In this document: in pieces, positions 1 to 13,189 of the stretch
Numbering within the stretch: position 1 is the stretch's first letter
How the letters are laid out: every line of letters begins with the position of its first letter
From: the human T2T-CHM13v2.0 reference genome, Homo sapiens
Assembly: GCF_009914755.1 (NCBI RefSeq)
Contig: NC_060930.1
Reading direction: 5' to 3' (one strand)
DNA length: 64,000 nucleotides
Translations under genes and position numbers: made by a program
Notes under the pieces: generated by a model
What the model was told of the DNA's origin: nothing
The model's input: only the letters and a program-made list of their open reading frames with translations
Databases searched by the model: none

Positions 1-942
1 TTCTTTTGAAAAGCATCTGTCCCTGTCCATGGCTCACTTTTTTAAACTTTATTTTAAGTTCATGGGAACATAGGCAGGTTTGCTAAATGGGTAAACTTGT
101 GTCATGGTGGTTTGTTGTACAGATTATGTATGGGTTGTTACTCTCTATGTGCCCATGTGTTCTCATCATTTAGCTCCCACGTATAAGTGAGAACATGCAA
201 TACTTGGTTTTCTGTTTCTGCATTAGCTTGCTAAGGATAATGGCATCCAGCTACATCCATGTCTCTGCAAAGGATATAATCTTGTGTTTTTTTTATGTCG
301 GCATAGTATTCCATAGTGTATATGTACCACATTTTATTTTGCTCACTTTCTAATGGGGTTGTTTTTTCTTGTAAATTTGTTTTAGTTGCTTATAGATGCT
401 GGATATTAGACCTGTATGAGATTCATAGTTTGCAAAATTTTCTCCCATTCTGCAGGTTGTCTGTTTATTCTGTTGACTGTCTCCTTTGCTGTGTAGAAGC
501 TCTTGAGTTTAATTAGATCCCATTTGTCAATGTTTGCTTTTGCTGCAATTGCTTTAGGTGTCTTTGTCATGAATCTTTTGCCCATTCCTATGTCCAGAAT
601 GATATTGCTTAGGTTGTCTTCCAGGGTTTTTATAGTTTTGGGTTTTACATTTAAGTCCTTAATCCATTTTGAGTTAATCTTTGTATATGGTATAAGGAAG
701 GAGTCCAGTTTCAATCTTCTGCATCTGGCTAGCCAGTTATCCCAGCAACATTTATTGAATAGAGAGTCCTTTCCCCATTGCTTGTTTTAGTCAGGTTCAT
801 GGAAGATCCGATTTTTGTATCTGATCTGATAGTGTGCAGCCTTATTTCTGGGTTCTCTATTCTTTTCCATTGGTCTATATGTCCGTTTTTGTACCTGTAC
901 CATGCTGTGTTGGTTACTGTAGCCCTGTGGTATAGTTTGAAA
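1..942 (-). mobile_element. L1 (L1PA/L1PB-type) ORF2 C-terminal fragment, host of a nested L1 3' end
   Basis: Minus-strand ORF 406-714 ([31 protein letters not shown]...[32 protein letters not shown]) is L1 ORF2p C-terminus; similarity ends near TATAGTTTGAA (~942). Confidence 0.93.
41..340 (-). mobile_element. Short 5'-truncated L1PA (old subfamily) 3' end nested in the L1 above
   Basis: T-run followed by L1 3'UTR reverse complement (TTTTAAGTTCATGGGAACA...GTGAGAACATGC...GTATATGTACCACATTTT); flanked by GCTCACTTT at 32-40 and 341-349 (TSD). Confidence 0.85.
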
Positions 943-1054
943 AAACTTATTTTAAATATGCTAATTATTTCACTATTTAATGAAGCACTGCCCAACCATA
1001 CAGTTAAATGAAATAAGATATATATATGAAATTGAATATTTAAAACCAATAACT

Positions 1055-1915
1055 TATTCATTCAACAATGATTTATTATATATGTGGCCGGGCACAGTGG
1101 CTCATGCCTGTAATCCCAGCACTTTGGGAGGCTGAAGTGGGCAGATCACTTGAGATCAGGAGTTGGAGACCAGCCTGGCCAACATGGTGAAACCCCATCT
1201 CTACTAAAAATACAAAAATTAGCCGGGCGTGGTGCCACATGCCTGTAATCCATACTGGGGAGGCTGAGTCAGGAGAATTGTCTGAACCTGGGAGATGGAG
1301 GTTGCAGTGAGCCAAGATCGCAACACTGCACTCCAACCTGGGTGACAGAGCAAGACTCTGTCTCAAAAAAATAATGCTAAAATAAAAAAATTATTATGTA
1401 CTATGCATCAAACATTGGTCTAGGTTCTCTTAATTGAGCAGTCAATAAAACAAGACTCTACTAGAATTTTGGGGGGTGTGTGTGTCTAAAATCAGGGAAA
1501 AAAGTAGACTATAGGAAAAGAAATACTTATCATAGGTAATATGAAGAAAACCAAGTAAACTAGGAATATACACAGTGATGGAATGAGAAACTTTATTTAG
1601 ATAAAGCTTCTTAAAGGATAGGCTTTCTTATGAGCTGTTATTAGAACAGACACTCGAATTAAGAGGGAGAGCAAGCCATATATACACTAAGAGAAAGGGC
1701 ACTGTGAGCAGAGGGGATGGCAAAGGGAAAGACCCCAAAAGAAAGAGGTGTTCTTGGCATGGTCGAGAAAGAACAAGTAGGTATTGGCTGGCTGGTGTGG
1801 AGTGAGTGAGAAGAGAGTGGGAGAAAATAAAGTCCCATGGTAAGCCAGGATCATTTATCTCATTGCCAGTAAGATGAAAACCCACTGCTTAATAAGTTTT
1901 AATAACAGGGGTGAT
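1055..1915 (-). mobile_element. L2 3' region, interrupted by Alu
   Basis: TTCATTCAACAA...TTTATT..ACTATGCATCAAACATTGGTCTAGG matches the L2 3' terminus; 1640-1900 resembles the L2a body. Confidence 0.65.
1086..1390 (+). mobile_element. AluS (Sx/Sz-like)
   Basis: GGCCGGGCACAGTGGCTCATGCCTGTAATCCCAGC..., dimeric with TACTAAAAATACAAAAATTA linker and A-rich tail. Confidence 0.97.
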
Positions 1916-4469
1916 TTGCTACTAAGGGTAAAACTTGGAGATATAAAATCAAATAAAAATAATTAAAATACATATAAACAAAATTGTCTCAACTATGTTT
2001 ACAAATACAGAAAAGGGCTTCGAAGTAAATATGCCAAACAGAATCAAGGGTTTGAATGATAATGAGAGATTGGGTGCTTTTTTCTTTTCACATGCTGCTA
2101 AATTTTCCAGAAGTTTTATAGTGAGAACAATTTTTATAAACACAAAAAGATGTTTAAAAAGAAATGTATACACATGCATAGTTATACACTTTACCACATT
2201 TAGAAAAAAATTCTATTAATTTGAATCTTTGTATAAACCATTTACCTTTCAACTCTCAAAAATTGTTTTAAATTGCTACATCTTTTCATTATTTGTCATT
2301 ATTTTTCTCTTATTTTTATGTATTTATATTTTCTTTATTTCTATGCACGGATTAATGAAATGAAGTCAGGTAACATTACACCAATTGTGGACTGAAAAGT
2401 AGATTTGTTTCTAGAACAGAGTAAAATTATTAATGGAAGTGCTGTTTATTAATATAGCTTCCTTTCTTTGAGACTCAAAAATATTAACTGCAACCTAATT
2501 GATTTACGGCATCCATTCTACAGACATATTCTAATATTAACTCTAATTTAAGTAGTCCTGTAAAACATTGTGTGGCCTAGCCTACACAATTTGCTAATAT
2601 GGGTATTGATCAGAATAATCTATACAATAAAAATAAAAGCTCATTTTATTTGTTTATGTCTAGGATAGAAAGTGTCTGGAAGATAGAGACTACAGCTGTG
2701 CATTTATATGCCTTTGGTACAATACTATTCCTATTCTTTGTCTCCTTTATTAAAGCACTTTGATGTTGAAAAATGTCTATGACTGACAAAATTCCAGGCA
2801 ATTATAATTCACTGATTAAAATACATTGAGAAGAAAACGTATATAATACAAACATTAAGTATGCAGCTCCTGCAGCTCCAGTATAAGGGCATATGTGATC
2901 TTTATAATCAAACTATTTTACAATTCTGAGTTGTATCCCAGAAAATAAAGCATAACATAAAATACAAGGAATGTTTTCCTATTCATAATGGAATTTTGCA
3001 GTTCTGCATTTTGCAAAGTATACTTCAAACCTACACCTTTTGCATTATGGCACAATACCTTTATCAGGAGGGAAGACATGCCTACTCAATTAGTGTTAGG
3101 AATTTCTTTCTTTATTTTTTCTCAGTTAAGATTGTACAAGGACAAGGGCCCAAGGCAGGAAAACAGAGGAAAAAGAAAACCAGAGGTATCCACATATACA
3201 GTGGAAAGAATCTTGGTGCCCTTAGGCATGGAGTTCACAAACTATAATAAAAGATTTCTTAACATTGCTGGGCATCTAGGTTTATTCCGTCTTTGCTGTT
3301 GTGAATCGTGCTGTGGTGAAAATTACAGTAGAAGACTTGTGTATATCCAGTTCTTATATGTTTTCTTTCCTTTGACCACAAAATTTCACAAACGACTCAA
3401 TTATTCTCTTATTAATGGTGGATATACACAGGCCTAATTGTCATTATTTCTATATACACTTGCTAGTAGCACCTGAAACATTCTCCTTCTCTCTTGGTGA
3501 ATTCATCTATAAGCAAAACACGTCAGCACAACAATAAAAGGCTTTGCAGACATAACAATATAATTCACCTTTGATGCTGTACTTTAACTTTCCTCAAACA
3601 ACAAAAGCTCAGCTAAAAACCTATCTTTCCATAGGAAACTTGCTCTTGATTCACTAAGGGATGAAATTCAGAGCTTGGAGTGTGATTGCTTTCCTGTAGC
3701 TAGCAAAATGTATTAAGTTATCTCTAACATTATCTAACGAAGTGCTTATATTCAGTGGAGACACTCTCATGAGAACCACGTTGTAAAATGAAAATGCAGC
3801 CCTGAGAAATTGCAACTACTCTGAGCCAAAAAAGAGGGTCCTTCATGAATAGTGTTTACAAGTAGAATAAAACATAAAAATTTCCCCAAAAGTAGCTTTC
3901 ATTATCATCCAACAGAAAATTTTTTTAAAAAATCATGGGAAAACAACAGACAATAAACAACTCAGCTGTCCTATGTGCTAAGGATACAAAGTTGAAAATG
4001 TAGCCCTGGGGTAAGGGAACTTACTAGTATTGGGATAGGTGCACTGAGTTGTCAAAAGCATGTAGTTATCATTATAGCTTTATTATTTAAAAGAAAAACA
4101 TTTCCAAAAAATTCAGATTACTTTAATAGAATATTTCATTACTATTTCATAGCATATTATATTACTATAAAAATGATAACTTTGAAATGTGGTGAGATGG
4201 AGATACACTGTTAAGGAAAATAAGAAATATAAAAACTAGATAGATATATAGACAGATATATAGGATAATACTATTTTAAAGAACTATATTTTATATCTAT
4301 CCATGTACCAATTAAGAGTGAGAGAAAGAAATACACCAAAATATTGCCATTTTACAAGACCACTGGACCTTTCATTCCAATTTTCAATACAGACAGTGTT
4401 AAAGAAATTATAGTCCTTTTTAATGTATGATCATAGAGGCACATATTTTTAAAAATACCATTTAAATCC

Positions 4470-7000
4470 AACAGATTGCTATATGTGATTACAATACCTA
4501 ATAATCAAGTATTGTTTATCTCAAGAATGCAAGGATGATTCCATATCAGAAAATATATCCATGTAATTGGCCACAGATAAAAGTAGCAACTCATGATTAC
4601 TTAAGAGATATAGAAACAGCATCTGGTATAAATCAACACATAGCATGAGGAAGGAAACCAAATAATAAACAGAAGAGAGTTTCATTGATATGGTCAAGTT
4701 TCTAATCCAAAACACTGACAGTGAATATTTCATTTAAAATAGACATTTTAGATATAGTCTCCTGTTAAAATAAGGAACAAGACAAGAATGTCCAAAATGT
4801 CAGTTATAATTTTTATTGTTTCACAATAATAAGAATACTGGGGTTCTGAAAAAATACAATAGGAAAAGACACATAAGAAGTATTAACTTTGCAAATGAAG
4901 AAATTAACTGTTATTGTTTAAAGATAATAAAATAATTTACCAATTATTACCAATAAATTATCAAAAACCAATAGAATGAATAAGGTATCAGAATTTAGTA
5001 TGTTTTCTGGAACAAGATCAACATATGAAAATAAATGCTGTTTCTGTATATCAGCCATAACAAACTACAAAATATTACCAGTAGTAAAATATAATTTGTA
5101 ATATCAGTTAAAAATTAAAATACCTAAGAATCAACAAAGAATACACCAAAAATGTGGAAAATAATCTAAAACTCTAATAATATATAAAACCTTTCAAAAT
5201 GGAGAGAAATGCCATGCTACTCCATTGGAATATTAATATTATGAACATTTCAAGTGTTACAAAAGTATTACCAAAAGTCCTAATCATATATCTGCTAGAT
5301 TTTTAAAATAAATCTAGCAAACATGTTTTATAATTTATGTAAATATATAAAGGCACATGGTTAAGGACTTAAATTATATCACATTCATATATTCTTCTTC
5401 AATTAAGGACACTATGAGAAAAGTTAGCAGATGATTGATGGGCTGAAAAGAGATGCCTGTAGTATCTGAAACTGATACAAATACAATATCTAAAGTATAC
5501 CCAAATGCTTGCAAATCAAAAAGAGAAACAAAATTTTATAATAAATTAACAAAAACTATAATCAGGCAAATTATACAAGGTGCTTCAAATGTCCAACCAA
5601 TTTTTGAAGAGATCTTCAAATTCATTAATTAGAAATGCAAAATTAAGATGAGTTATCCATTTACACTGAAATGTTTGCAAAAGTTAAAATACTAGCTGTT
5701 GCCAAGTATTGTTAGAGATATAATGATAGAAGAGCTCTCCTGTTCCTGTTGTTACTCTTGGGAATAGTCTGATAGTTATTTACATTAAAATCACATATAT
5801 TCCAGGACTCAGTAATTCAACAGCTGAAAAACTGTATCAATTATGACTCTATGTGAATATATTCAAGAATATACATTACAGCAGTCTTTGTGTTAACTCC
5901 AAGTTGAAGTAAAATGTAGAGAAAGCACACCAGGGATATTATGAAGTTCTTAAAAGCAACAGATTAAAATGTGCAATACAACCTAGATGTCTACATATAC
6001 TATACAGATATATAAAATATCTATATCTATAACATATATGTATACGTATATCTATAATAATATATAATACAGGTATACTATCTATGGATATATATGTCTA
6101 TGAATATATTTATTTTATATATATATCCATAGATACAGATATACTACTTATGGATATATAGTGAGATATATAGGTCTATATACTATATAGCACATATGAA
6201 TATATATCATATATATGGATATATATGATATATAAGATATATATTCATATGTACTATATAGTGTATAGATATATAGCCTATACATCTATGAATATATGAT
6301 CCTATATGTAGATATATACACACACTATATATAGGTACTATATATATAGTATCTATATCTATATATAGCCTATATATCCACAGATATATAGGCTATATAT
6401 CTATATATCCATGTATGATATACATATGCATATATATACTATATAGTATATATATCTATGAATGTACATATCATATATGGATATATACTATACAGTATAT
6501 ATACCTCTATATATATCTCTATATACTATAATATATAGTATACTATATTTTGTGTATATACATATACTATATATACTACACATATAAATACTATACACGC
6601 TATATATTGTGTATGTACATATATACATACACTGTATATGTATGAGTATACAGCTATAGACAGATACTATAGATATATTCCCATACATATGGATAGATAC
6701 CTATATACCATACATATATACCCATATATCAATGGATTCTATATCTATCTATCTATGTCTAGATCTATATATAGATGTCTATCTCTTTTTTCGACCAAAA
6801 AAGAAGAAACACTTTTAAGGTACATTCTTTATACCATACTTTTATGACAATAAATAACAGATACATGAGTATGTTACCTATGGATGGGGGAGAAGAATGC
6901 AAATGGGAAAAGAATGATGATGTACCATGAACTAAAGAACATAATTAATTCTCTGTACCTGAGAGTCAATAAGAAAAAATACAACAACTATGTTCTATTA
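4470..7000 (+). mobile_element. Ancient L1M (L1MC/ME-like) ORF2/3' remnants, split by TA-rich repeat
   Basis: Degenerate ORF2 landmarks (TTTATCTCAAGAATGCAAGGATGATT; GGAACAAGACAAGAATGTCC; AACAAGATCAACATATGAAAAT; AATTAGAAATGCAAAATTAAGATGAG). Boundaries approximate. Confidence 0.65.
5990..6782. repeat. ~800 bp degenerate (TA)n / TATAGA low-complexity tract
   Basis: Alternating TA with interspersed G/C, read directly from the sequence. Confidence 0.95.
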
Positions 7001-7224
7001 AAAGTAAATAAATAAATGCAATCTACAATGAAAGAGAATAAATGATTAGAGGAAAATATGATAAATTAGGTTAAAAAAAACCTGTAGGGTAGGAAAGATA
7101 AGTGAGACAACACACGTAGAAGTCAAGTAAAGTTTTATGGGCATGCTACCTAGGAATTGGGTATTGAAGGTTAAGCAGCAATGTGAAGGAAGAACATTTA
7201 AGATGAAGAAAAAGGGATATTCAT

Positions 7225-8504
7225 AAGGGCTTCTATAATGACAGAATGTTAGATTTTGTGGAAAGCTTTTTCCACATCCACTGAGATGATCATACAGTTA
7301 CTGTTTTTAATTCTGTTTATGTGGTTAATCACATTTATTGGTTTGCACATGTTGAAAAAGCCTCACATTCTAGGAATGAAGCCTACTTGATCACAGTGGA
7401 TTAACATTGTGATATGTTGCTGGATTCAATTTCCTAGTATTTGGCTGAGTATGTTTTGTCTCTAGGTTCATCCTAGCAATTGGCCTGTACTTTTGTTGTT
7501 TCCTTGTGTCTTTGTCAGGTTTCAGAATGTGTTAGGGAGGATTCTTTCCTCCTCAATATTTTGGAATAGTTTCAGAAGGATTGATACCAACTGTTCTTTG
7601 TATATCTGGAAGCACTCTGCTGTGAATTCACTGGGTCTGGGCTTTTATTGGTTGGTAGGTTTTTTATTACTGAATCAATTTAGGAATTTGATATTGGTCT
7701 ATGCTGGGTTTAAATTTCTTCCTGATTCAATTTTAGAAGGTTGTGTGTTTTAAGAAATTTGTCAATTTCATCTAGATTGTCTAGTTTGTGTGCACAGAAG
7801 TGTTCATAATAGTCTGAGGATCTTTTGTATTTGTGTGGGATCAGTTATAATGCCACCCTTTTTATTTCTGACTGTGCTTATTTGGATCTTCACTCTTTTT
7901 TTATTAGTCAAACTAGTCAGTCTATCGATCTTGTTTATTCTTTCAATTAACCAATTTTTTGTTTTGTTGGTACTTGGTATAAATTTTTGTGTCTCAATTT
8001 CATTCAGTACTTTTCTGATTTTAGTTATTTCTTTTATTCTGCTATCTTTAGAGTTACTTCATTATTGTTTTTCTAGCTCCTATAGGTGAGATGTTAGATC
8101 TTTAATTTGATATCTTTCTAACTTTTTGAGGTAGGCATTTAACTCTAAAATTTTACCTTAAAACTGCTTTTGCTGCATCCCAGAGATTTTGGTATGTTGC
8201 ATTTCTGTTTAATTTAAATGATTTTTACATTTATTATTTATTATTTAATTTTATTGTTTACCTAAAAGTCATTCATGAGTAAATTGTTTAATTTCCAGGT
8301 AATATGTGGTTTTGAGAGATACTCTTGATATTGATATTGATTTCTATTTTTTTTCCACTAAGAAAGCGGTTGGTATTCCTTTGATTTTTTTTTAATTTAT
8401 TGAGACTGGCTTAATGGCCAAGCAAGTGATCAATCTTAGAGTATGTTCTATGTGTATATGTGAAGAATGTATATTCTGTATTTGATGGGTGGAGTATTCT
8501 GGAG
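7225..8504 (-). mobile_element. Inverted 5' segment of twin-primed L1 (ORF2)
   Basis: Reverse complement at the left end reads ATGATCATCTCAGTGGATGTGGAAAAAGCTTTCCACAAAATCTAACATTCTGTCATTATAGAAGCCCTT, the ORF2 sequence immediately upstream of where the plus segment begins. Confidence 0.9.
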
Positions 8505-11500
8505 AAACTAGGCATCAAAGAAACATACCTAAAAATAATAAGAGCCATCTATGACAAACACACAGCCAAAATCATACTTAACGGAAAAAAACTGGAAGCA
8601 TTCTCCTTGAGAACTGGAACAAGACAAGTATCTTCACTCTCACCACTCCTGTTCAATATAATCATGGAATCTTTGCCAGAGCAATTAGGCAAGAGAAAGA
8701 ATTAAAATAGATCCAAATAGGAACAGATAAAGCCAAACTCTCTCTTCATTGATGAGATAATTCAATAAATAGAAAACCCCAAAGGCTTGGCCAAAAGGCT
8801 CCTGCAACTGATAAATGGCTTCAGTAAACTTTCAGGATACAAAATTATGTACAAAAGTTAGAAGCATTTCTACACCAATCACATTGAAGCTGACAGCCAA
8901 ATCAAGACTGCAATAACATTTACAGTAGCCTCAAAATACAAATAAACAAAAAATACCTAAAAATATATCTAACCGAGAAAGTGAAAGTTCTCTACAAGTG
9001 TAACTACAAAACACTGCTGAAAAAGGTCAGAGATGACACCACAAACAAATGGAAAAACATATCATGCTCCTGGATTTGAAGAGTCAATATCATTAAAAGG
9101 GCCACACTGTCCAAAGCAAACTACATATTTAACATCATTTCTATTACATTACCAAGGTCATTTTTCACATAACTAGACAAAATTATTCTAAAATTCATAT
9201 AGAACCAAAAAAAGCCTGAATAGCCAACTAAATCCTAAGCAAAAAGAATACAGCCAGAGGCATCACATTACCCAACTTCAAACTATACTATAAGGCTACT
9301 AACATGGTTTGGCTGTGTCCCCACCCAAATCTCATCTTGACTTGTAACTCCTACAACTCCCACATGTCATGGGAGGAACCCAGTGGGAGGTGATTGCATT
9401 ATGGATGCAGGTGTTTCCTATGCTGTTCTCATGATAGTGAATGAGTCCCATGAGACCTTTAAAAATGGCTTTAAAAATGGGAGTTTTCCTCCACGAGGTC
9501 TCTCTTTGCCTGCTGCTATCCATGTAAAATGTGACTTTCTCCTCCTTGCCTTCCACCATGGGAACTAGAGCAAAGGTAACTCTTGTTATGTTTTAGCAAA
9601 CAGACTGGTGCCATTTTGCCTCTGCCTAGAAATTTGTGAAACTTTGAACTTGAGAGGCATGATTTAGGGTATCTGGCAGAATAGATTTCTAAGCAGCAAA
9701 GCATTCAAGAGATAACTTTGGTGCTGGTAAAGGTATTCAGTTTTACAAGAGAAGCAGAGCATAAAAGTTTGGAAAATTTGCAGCCTGACAATGTGATAGA
9801 AAAGAAAATCTCATTTTTTGAGGAAAACTTCAAGCTGGCTGTAGAAATTTGCATAAGTAATGAGGAACCAAATGTTAATCTCCAAGACAATGGGAAATAT
9901 ATCTCCAGGGTATGGCAGAAGTCTTCATGGCAGCCTCTCCCATCGCAGGCCTGTAGCCCTAGGAGGAAAAATGATTTCATGATCCAGACTGAGGGTCAGC
10001 ATGCTGTGTGCAGTCTAGGGACTTGGTGCCCTGTGTCCTAGACACTCCACCCATGACTAAAAGGGGCCAAGGTACAGCTTGCACCATGGCATCAGAGGGT
10101 GCCAGCTTCAAGCCTTGGCAGCTTCCATGTTGCATTGAGCCTATGGATGCACAGAAGTCAAGAATTTAGATTTGGTAACCTCCCCCTAGATTTCAGAAGA
10201 TATACAGAAACACCTGGATGTCCAGGCAGAAGTTTGCTACAAGGGCAGGGCTCTCATGGAGAACCTCTGCCAGGGCAGTGTAGAAGGGAAATGTGGGGTT
10301 GGACCCCCCACATAGAGTCCCTACTGGGGCATCACTTAATGGAGCTGTGTGAAGAGGACCACCATCCTCCAGACCCCGGAATGGTAGATCCATGGACAGT
10401 TTGTACTGTGTGCTTGGAAAAGCCACAGACACTCAATGCCAGCCCATTAAAGCAGCAAGGAGAGAGGCTGAACCCTGCAGAGCTACAGGGTTGGAGCTGC
10501 CCAAGACCATAGAAACCCACCTCTTACATCAGCATGACCTGGATGTGAGACACGGAATCAAAAGAGATCATTTGGACTTTAAGATTTGACTCCCCTGCTG
10601 GATTTCAGACTTACATGGGGCCTGTAGTCCCTTTGATTTGGCCAATTTATCCCATTTGGAATGGATGTATTTACCCAATGTCTGAACCTTCATTGTATCT
10701 AGGAAGTAACTAACTTGCTTTTGATTTTACAGGCTCATAACCAGAAGTGACTTGCCTTGTCTCAGATGAGACATTGGACTGTGGGCTTCTGAGTTAATGC
10801 TAAAATGAGTTAAGACTTTGGGGGACTGTTGGAAAGGCATGATTCGTTTTGAAATGTGAGGACATGAGTTTTGGGAGGAGCCAGGGGCAGAATGATATAG
10901 TTTGGCTGTGTCCCTACCAAAATCTCATCTTGAATTGTAACTCCCACAATTCCCACATGTCATGAGAGGAACCCAGTGGGAGGTGATTGAATTATGGGGG
11001 CAAGTCTTTCCTGTACTGTTCTCGTGATAGTGAATGAGTCTCATGAGATCTGATGGTTTTAAAAACAGGTGTTTCCCTGTACAAGCTCTCTCTTTGACTG
11101 CCATTATCCATGTAAGACAGGACTTGCTTCTCCTTGCCTTCCACCATGATTGTGAGGCCTCCCCAGCCACATGGAACTGTAAGTCTATTAAATCTCTTCT
11201 TCTTTCCAGTCTCAGGTACGACTTTATCAGCAGCATGAAAATGGACAAATACAGCTATAGTAACAAAAATAGCATGGTCCTGGTACAAAAGCAGACACAT
11301 AGACTAATGGAAAAGAAAAGGGAACACTTAAATCAAGCCACACACCTACAGCCATCTGATCTTCAACAAAGTTGACAAAATTAAGCAACAGGGAAATAAT
11401 TCTCTACTTAATAAGTGGTGCCAGAATAGCTGGCTAGCCATGTGCAGAAGAATGAAACTGGGATCTTACCTATTTCTATATACAAAATTAGTTCAAGATG

Positions 11501-12660
11501 AATTAAAGATTAAAATGTAAGACCTCAAACTGTAAGAATTCTAGAAGAAAACCTAGGAAACACCATTCTGTACAATGGCATTGGGAAAGAATGTATAGCT
11601 AAGTTCTCAGAAGCAATTGCAATGAAAACAAAAATTGACAATAGGACCTAATTAAACTAAAGAGCTTCTGCACAGCAAAAGAAACTATCAACAGAATAAA
11701 CATACAACCTACAGAATGAAAGAAAATATTCACAAACTGATCATCCAACAAAGGTCTAATGTTTAGAATCTGTAAGGAACTTAAACATTTCAACAAGCAA
11801 AAACCAAATAGCCTCATTAAAAATGGGGAAGGCATGAACAGACGATTCTCAAAAGAAGACATGCTAGTGACCAAAAAACATGAAAAAATGTTCGGCATCA
11901 CTAATCATCAGAGAAATACAAATCAAAACTATAATGAGATACCATTTCACACCCATCAGAATGGCTATTATTTAAAAGTCAAAAAACAATACTAGTGAGA
12001 CTCTGGAGAAAAGGGACCACTTATACACACTATTGGTGGGAATGTAAATTAGTTCAGCCACCATGGACAGATGTTTCCAGATTTTTCAAAACACTTAAAA
12101 TAGGACTATCATTTGACCCAGCAATCCTCTTACTGGGTATATATCCAAAAGAAAATAAATCTTTCTACCAAAAACACACATGCACACATAAGTTCTTCAC
12201 AGCAGTATTCACAATAGCAAAGACATGGAATCCACCTACATACCCATCAATGGTGAATTATATAAAGAAAATGTCATATATATGCATTATGAAATACTAC
12301 ATAGCCATAAAAAAGAATAAACTCATGTATTTTGCAACAACTGGATGCATCTGGAGGTCATTATTACAAGTAAATTAACAGGGAAATGGAAAAACAAATA
12401 CTAAACATACTCACTTATAGGAAGGTGCTAAATAATGAGTACTCACGGACATAAAGGTGACAGCAATAGACACTGGGGACTACTAGAGGGGTGAGCGAGA
12501 GAGGGAGGTAAGGGTTGAGAAACTTACTATTAAGTACTATGCTCACTACTGCAGTGACAGGATCAACCATACCCTAAACCGCAGCATCACACAGTACACC
12601 TAGGTAACCAACCTGTATGTATACCCCTTGGATCTAAAATAAAAGTTGAAATTATTTTAA
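8505..12660 (+). mobile_element. L1PA15-17-like ORF2 3' half and 3'UTR, interrupted by THE1A
   Basis: [41 protein letters not shown] (RT region) from 8505; resumes at 11254; ends CCCCTTGGATCTAAAATAAAAGTTGAAATTATT. Confidence 0.92.
9300..11253 (+). mobile_element. THE1A-like MaLR provirus (deleted 5' LTR 9300-~9560, internal region, 3' LTR 10893-11253)
   Basis: LTR start TAACATGGTTTGGCTGTGTCCCCACCC, PPT GGAGGAGCCAGGGGCAGAA before the 3' LTR, end GGACAAATACA; 5-bp TSD GCTAC (9295-9299) / GCTAT (11254-11258). Confidence 0.95.
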
Positions 12661-13189
12661 ACAATATAATCAAAGGCTCAAAAAAGTAAAAGAATGGCCT
12701 ATTTTTATTGTCTGAGATAAAACAATAAATTTTCTAATTTTTTCATACATATTTTCCTGAGGGTATGATAAAGTAAAATATTAATTTAGATGGAGTTATT
12801 TTTAATTTATCTGAACCAATTTTGGCCAATGTTTTGCAAAATGAAATGCATAAATTCACATGTATTTAGCTATTTTAATTCCAACATTTATTCTAAGGTC
12901 ATTATTCTTTGTAATACAGAAAAAAATTACATTTCTACCAATTCTTTAGGATGAAATTTTTTTCACACCTCATGATGCCATCTTGAATAGCAGATGCTTT
13001 CAAAAATTGAAAAATATCACTATCTATTAGTCATCATTTCATATCACTATGAATCACCATTTCATTTCACCATTCCCTTAAAAAATCACATTACAAAGTT
13101 TTTATCAGATAAAGTGTTTTGTATTTGTTTTCCTGGCACATGTATATTCTTAATATTTTGGGGCATTCTTGGTCCTGCATGTGTTATCT

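Noticed and set aside
1076-1366. Alu antisense ORFs (also 20198-20431, 35230-35526, 52075-52308)
   Set aside because: Standard Alu-derived translations, not genes.
2988-3437. 149-aa plus-strand ORF in unique DNA
   Set aside because: No recognisable domain, composition typical of random AT-rich DNA, no promoter or supporting exon structure.
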